A DNA stretch of 64,000 bases, taken from assembly GCA_028286585.1 (NCBI GenBank), contig JAQBRI010000006.1:16558-80557 (forward strand), given 5' to 3'. Source of the stretch: Candidatus Kaiserbacteria bacterium (GTDB lineage Bacteria; Patescibacteriota; Minisyncoccia; Phycocordibacterales; UBA2100). Positions 59,337-64,000 of the stretch are shown in pieces. The translations under genes and the position numbers were made by a program. The first letter of the stretch is position 1; every line of letters begins with the position of its first letter. Under the pieces are notes generated by a model. The model searched no databases. It saw only the letters and a list, made by a program, of their open reading frames with translations, and had not been told where the DNA came from.

Positions 59337-60692
59337 TCACGAACCTCGCGCGGTGAGTACAATGCGAATTGTCTGGAAAAGAATATATACATCCAATACG
59401 AGTGAACGCCGGCTCAGGTAAAAGAGATCGTATGCAAGTTTCATTTTAGTCTCGTTGATGTCGGCTCCGTGATGCGGGTCGCGATCGTGACGGATTTGCG
59501 CCCAGCCAGTAAGCCCAGGTGTTACAAGATAGCGTGCACTGTAGTACGGGATTCGTGCATTGTACTGCGCAACAAGTGCTGGGAGTTCGGGACGTGGTCC
59601 AACGAGTGAAAGATCGCCCTTGATCACATTCCAAAGCTGGGGTAACTCGTCGATACGCAAAATACGAATTATCTTACCCACGCGCGTAATATGCAGCTTG
59701 CTGATTCCCCCATTTCCATAGTCACCATTGTCATTGCCACTCATACTTCTAAATTTAACAATATGGATTGGGCGCTGATATTTACCGACTCGCTCCTGCG
59801 TAATAAATATCGGCCCGCCATCTTCTAGCTTGATAGCCAACATAACAAACGGATACACGATCAACGATACGACTCCCATAATACATGCACATGCAAAGTC
59901 GACTGTTCGCTTGAGGCGGTCGTACAATCGCGAAACGGTCACGTGTCGCAATATCCATTCATATCGTACCAACGATAATGGAACTCGTTCAAATACTTCC
60001 TGATACAAATCCAAAATATCAACAAGAATAAAACGTTCTTTTTGGAAAGCCGCGCTGTACATTAATGGCAATATCGTTGCACTTGCTGGATCAAAGAAAT
60101 CAATAACGAGAAAAGATACCGTATCGCGCGCTGCGGCACGACAGGTTTGCTGGACAATCTCATGCGATGGAACGACACTCGTATCAACAACACTCTCAAA
60201 AGAGAGCTGGTAATGCGGGTCGTGCTGAACCTCTTGTGCTAGTACGTGGACATCGTTACCACTCGCGAGCAATACTCCCACAAGCGGCTTTGCCTGATTG
60301 ACGACAGGAAAAATAACCACACGCCACATAAAAATGAGGACGGTCGAAATGACAAGGTAGAGCGCAAGTATTGTTTTTGGCGCAATACCAAAAATTGGCA
60401 TGAAGAAGAAAAAGAATGCAGCAAGAACTATATTAATAGTCTGAGATACGACAATCACCGTCAGGAGTCGTTGTCGGAAAAGCCTCGTGTGTTTTCCATA
60501 CAATCCTGCGACAAAAAACACGCCAATCCAAACGATAAAAATAAACGTAAATGGATACGCGTGGAGTCTATACAGCGCGAGCGATGGGATATCTACGTAT
60601 CGGACTGCGAGCGATATCCAGAGTGATAGGAAGAAGACTATTGCGTCCCCACACAACAAGAGCACATATTCACTTCGTGAAAGGAGCATCAT
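59337..60692 (-). CDS. Priming polyprenyl-phosphate sugar phosphotransferase
   Basis: KRTVD, KFRSM, RIDELPQLWNV, SLVGPRPE, PGLTGWAQ. Confidence 0.93.
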   Translation of the reverse strand: MMLLSRSEYVLLLCGDAIVFFLSLWISLAVRYVDIPSLALYRLHAYPFTFIFIVWIGVFFVAGLYGKHTRLFRQRLLTVIVVSQTINIVLAAFFFFFMPIFGIAPKTILALYLVISTVLIFMWRVVIFPVVNQAKPLVGVLLASGNDVHVLAQEVQHDPHYQLSFESVVDTSVVPSHEIVQQTCRAAARDTVSFLVIDFFDPASATILPLMYSAAFQKERFILVDILDLYQEVFERVPLSLVRYEWILRHVTVSRLYDRLKRTVDFACACIMGVVSLIVYPFVMLAIKLEDGGPIFITQERVGKYQRPIHIVKFRSMSGNDNGDYGNGGISKLHITRVGKIIRILRIDELPQLWNVIKGDLSLVGPRPELPALVAQYNARIPYYSARYLVTPGLTGWAQIRHDRDPHHGADINETKMKLAYDLFYLSRRSLVLDVYILFQTIRIVLTARGS

Positions 60693-60717
60693 ATCTCTTT
60701 TAATGTATGATGACATC

Positions 60718-61899
60718 ATGGAGACTAACGTGCAAGGAAATAAACGAATAAAAATTCTATACATCATCACAAAGTCAAATTTTGGCGGTGCACAACGCTA
60801 TATTTACGACCTTGCCACCGCCTTGCCGAAGGATACATTTGATGTTGTGGTTGCTTATGGCGGTACCGGGATTCCTGGCAGCGACAAAGGTCAACTTGCA
60901 ACACTACTCGAAAAGGCAAGTATTCGAACCCTTTATATTGCAGCCCTTGGTCGCGATGTGTCCCTCAAAAACGACTGGAGCGCACTCAAAGAACTTATCA
61001 CTATCTGCAAGCAGGAACGTCCGCAGGTGCTACATCTTAATAGTTCAAAAGTGGGCGGACTTGGTGCGCTCGCCGGACGAATTGCAGGTGTGCCAAGGAT
61101 TATTTTTACCGCACACGGGTGGCCTTTTTGGGAAAAAAGAAGTGCGTTGACGCTTTTTTTCATTCGCATTATTTCTTGGCTGACAGTACTTCTCTCTCAC
61201 AAAACCATTTGTATTTCAGACTTTGACGCAAAAAATATCAACTGGATGAAGGGTGTTAAGAGAAAAATAACTGTCATTCGAAATGGTATTTCTCTATTTC
61301 CTCTTTTGCCTCGCATCCAGGCGCGCAACACGCTCTTTTCTCCCGAGGTGCAGCGACTACATACTGATGATTTTTGGCTGATAAGCAATGGCGAACTGCA
61401 TAAAAACAAAAATTATATCTCTGCTATCAGCGCGGTCATGCAGTACAACAACACACACGAACGAAAAATATTTTACTCCATCATGGGCGAAGGTGAACGA
61501 AAGTACGAGATAGAAAACTATATCGCAAAGCACGCTCAGCAACAGGTCGTGCATTTGCTTGGATTTGTTCCAGAGGGGCGACAATACATGCCTGCATTTG
61601 ATGGCTTTTTTATTCCATCAATCAAAGAAGGTATGCCCTACGTCATTTTAGAAAGCGGCCTTGCCAAACTTCCTGTAATTGCAAGCAACGTGGGCGGTAT
61701 TCCCGAAGTCATAACCGATCACAAGACAGGTCTTCTTGTTAACTCGATACATGTAACCGATATGGTAGGTGCACTTGAGACGCTCGTACAAGACGCAGAT
61801 GTACGCCTTTTGCTTTCGACCCAGCTCTACGACCGTGTTGCAACAAATTATAGTTTAGAGAGAATGGTGGACAAAACCACGGAGCTATATACGAGTTAA
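60718..61899 (+). CDS. GT4 glycosyltransferase
   Basis: GGAQRY, HLNSSK, TAHG, PSIKEGMPYVILE. Confidence 0.92.
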   Translation: METNVQGNKRIKILYIITKSNFGGAQRYIYDLATALPKDTFDVVVAYGGTGIPGSDKGQLATLLEKASIRTLYIAALGRDVSLKNDWSALKELITICKQERPQVLHLNSSKVGGLGALAGRIAGVPRIIFTAHGWPFWEKRSALTLFFIRIISWLTVLLSHKTICISDFDAKNINWMKGVKRKITVIRNGISLFPLLPRIQARNTLFSPEVQRLHTDDFWLISNGELHKNKNYISAISAVMQYNNTHERKIFYSIMGEGERKYEIENYIAKHAQQQVVHLLGFVPEGRQYMPAFDGFFIPSIKEGMPYVILESGLAKLPVIASNVGGIPEVITDHKTGLLVNSIHVTDMVGALETLVQDADVRLLLSTQLYDRVATNYSLERMVDKTTELYTS

Positions 61900-63041
61900 A
61901 GCACAGCGCCGACAATTTCAGTACTATCTCGCGCCTGAATACTTGGGCGTGCGCGACGGCGCATACTCATTAAAATACCGAGCGCTGTATACTCTATTGC
62001 CAAGTGAGATCCTCCGTAGCTCATAAATGGCAGCGTCGTGCCGGTAATAGGCAGAAGTCCCATATCCATGCCTACATGCACTAATGTTTGTGCGGAAATG
62101 TATACCGCAATACCGGCTACAAACAAGATGTCAAAATTGTCGTCCAGTCGCATCGCTGTTTGCAATATTCGCACAATGATAATTCCAAAGAGTGCGAGCA
62201 ATAAAAGTACTCCAACAAAACCCCACTCCTCGGCATATGATGCAAAAATAAAGTCCGTTTGAAACTCAGGAAGAAATTGCAGTTTACTCTGCGTTCCATA
62301 CCCTATTCCCTTGCCAAGCAGTTGTCCCGAACCGACCGCAATAGTGGACTGATACGCGTTGTACCCAGTACCGCGGATATCGGTGAGCGGGTGGATAAAT
62401 GTCTCGATGCGCGCTTTTTGATATGGCTTGAGCACAAAATGCCACATACCAAAGGCACAGATAGTAGCTATAACTAAAAATGTCACCAAATGTTTCCACG
62501 AAATACCGGCAATCAAGACCATGCCAAACCAAATCGAAAACAATACAATTGCGGAGCCAAAATCAGGCTGCAATGCGACGAGTCCAAATAATACAAAGGC
62601 ATACAGTCCAGAAATAATAATGTGTTTAATGTGCGCAATTTCGATATGTCGGCGTGCAAAATATTTTGCCAAAATAATAAGGAGCGCCAATTTGGCAATG
62701 TCGGCAGGCTGTAATGCAAAAAACACCAGATCAAATCTATTTTGTGCCCCCTTTACGATTGTTCCAAAAACAAAAATCATACCCAAAAGCGATGCCGCGA
62801 TTATGTACAGCGTGGTAACGATAAAGGTACGGCGCAGCGGCTGAAAATCGATACTACTGGCAATGAAAAAGAGAACGAGGGACACCGCTATCCATATTAT
62901 TTGTCGATCAAAAAAGAAATTCTCTGCTGCAAACGAATGCATAACGGAGAGCCCGGCGAGCGACACAAGTAGCGCCGCAGAAAGAAGCGGTATATCCATA
63001 CCGCGAACATATTCAGAAAAAAAACTCGAGAATTTAAACAT
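61896..63041 (-). CDS. rodA: SEDS peptidoglycan polymerase RodA
   Basis: LQPAD, QPDFG, GYNAYQS..AVGSG, FLPEFQTDF, LPFMSYGGS. Confidence 0.9.
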   Translation of the reverse strand: MFKFSSFFSEYVRGMDIPLLSAALLVSLAGLSVMHSFAAENFFFDRQIIWIAVSLVLFFIASSIDFQPLRRTFIVTTLYIIAASLLGMIFVFGTIVKGAQNRFDLVFFALQPADIAKLALLIILAKYFARRHIEIAHIKHIIISGLYAFVLFGLVALQPDFGSAIVLFSIWFGMVLIAGISWKHLVTFLVIATICAFGMWHFVLKPYQKARIETFIHPLTDIRGTGYNAYQSTIAVGSGQLLGKGIGYGTQSKLQFLPEFQTDFIFASYAEEWGFVGVLLLLALFGIIIVRILQTAMRLDDNFDILFVAGIAVYISAQTLVHVGMDMGLLPITGTTLPFMSYGGSHLAIEYTALGILMSMRRRARPSIQARDSTEIVGAVL

Positions 63042-63056
63042 ACCTGTACTCCCCAA

Positions 63057-63842
63057 CTATCTCTGTGCAGTCGTATCCTCAGCAGGCGCCTTGAGAGGAA
63101 GCACGTCAGTACTCCCTACAACCAATGGAAATGCCTTTGGCCACGTAAATCCGAGATTCACAGCACTTGATCCATTAAAGGTTGCTACAGTCGTTGCTGA
63201 GGCACTCATGGCGTTCCCGACTGTATCAAAGATGACCGCTACAAATGAAACGTCCGAATTCTTGGAAACACTGGTATTGTGTGCAATGGCACTCAGTTTC
63301 GTTCCCGAATCGACCGTTGAGACCAGCATGCCATCGACCAATATTAAGGAGACGGTCGAATGCATCTTTTCCCAAATAAGCGGCTTGTTTGTAAAAGCAA
63401 ACGTGGTGTGCGCAACTATGCGATTTCCAGTTTGTATGTCAGCTTCCATGATAGGTGTAACACCCCCCGGCATGATGTACGCCTCTCCTGTTCGCTCGGC
63501 AAGCAATATGTGGTTTTCGTCATAAAATCTAAAATCATAATCGGCCTTTGCAACTCCGGCGCTCTTGTTGGGATTTTGAATATAGGCAACTGCATTATAG
63601 GTGCCGTCGCGGACATACAAAGCACGTGCCCATTCTATTGAGTATGGCAACAACGCACGCTCGTCGAGTATCAAGCATGGGCCGCCACGATCAATGTTGG
63701 TCTCACCTTGGTTTTGTATTCCATCATGGCACGTGAGTGGGATATTTTCATATTTATAGAGAACAGGACCGCCAATTACAATGGCAAAGAAAATAATGAT
63801 CCCCGTAATGTACAAAAATCGCCGCTGTGATGCCCATGACAT
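63057..63842 (-). CDS. Membrane-anchored hypothetical protein
   Basis: TM, then TCHDGIQNQGETNIDRGGPC Cys motif and beta-rich domain. Confidence 0.7.
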   Translation of the reverse strand: MSWASQRRFLYITGIIIFFAIVIGGPVLYKYENIPLTCHDGIQNQGETNIDRGGPCLILDERALLPYSIEWARALYVRDGTYNAVAYIQNPNKSAGVAKADYDFRFYDENHILLAERTGEAYIMPGGVTPIMEADIQTGNRIVAHTTFAFTNKPLIWEKMHSTVSLILVDGMLVSTVDSGTKLSAIAHNTSVSKNSDVSFVAVIFDTVGNAMSASATTVATFNGSSAVNLGFTWPKAFPLVVGSTDVLPLKAPAEDTTAQR

Positions 63843-63868
63843 GGCATTATTGTACACCCACCAGTATC

Positions 63869-63906
63869 AATACAAAAACCCTCCATTTCTGAAGGGTTTT
63901 GTATTT
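63869..63906 (-). terminator. Terminator downstream of 5S
   Basis: AATACAAAAACCCT/AGGGTTTTTGTATT-like stem. Confidence 0.7.
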
Positions 63907-63919
63907 TCAAGTACTTTAT

Positions 63920-64000
63920 GTTGGCGCCAATCTACTCTCGCCTTGCGACTACCATCGACTCAAGAGAGCTTAACTGCCGTGTTCGGAATGAGAACGGGTG
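63920..64000 (-). rRNA. rrf: 5S rRNA, 3' part (5' end outside window)
   Basis: CCCGTTCTCATTCCGAACACGGCAGTTAAG...GATGGTA...GAGAGTA. Confidence 0.93.

Noticed and set aside
60487-60770. Apparent 280-nt head-to-head overlap of GT4 and the sugar transferase
   Set aside because: Disappears with the more plausible starts at 60718 and 60692
1-64000. CRISPR array, cas genes, transposase, integrase, reverse transcriptase or prophage
   Set aside because: No regularly spaced repeats or recognisable motifs seen

Overview
64 kb of a small-genome bacterium, most likely Patescibacteria/CPR of the Parcubacteria type. This rests on the divergent 16S signature positions, a shortened 5S helix IV, unlinked rRNA genes and the gene content; the taxonomy is inferred, not searched. 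1-19.5 kb is an AT-rich surface-glycan locus: methyltransferases, GT2 plus a GtrA/GT-C fusion, Wzx, a GT9 heptosyltransferase, a gmhA-hldA-hldC/gmhB heptose pathway, ATP-grasp, PIG-L and GT4s. It is followed by a complete cyoABCDE operon, a TrwB/VirD4-like ATPase, rsmI, murC, a MurL-MurD fusion, lepA, murJ, rnpB, a B12-dependent nrdJ, murA, tRNA-Ile, a stand-alone 16S gene, secDF, folD, rodA and the 3' part of 5S rRNA. Highlights: (1) an intact tRNA-Leu(CAG) nested, through a 13-bp extension stem, inside the D-arm of a second, structurally conserved tRNA-like RNA carrying a G3-U70 pair; (2) an atypical cobalamin riboswitch with promoter and terminator/antiterminator ahead of two transcobalamin-like (DUF4430, alpha/alpha-barrel) surface proteins, about 7 kb from nrdJ; (3) a 16S 3' end lacking CCUCC, with apparently leaderless core genes but SD-led orphan mini-genes; (4) the MurL-MurD fusion; (5) two unannotated structured RNA candidates. 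All calls come from reading motifs by eye; no database search or folding program was run, and several starts were moved downstream of the ORF-track start.
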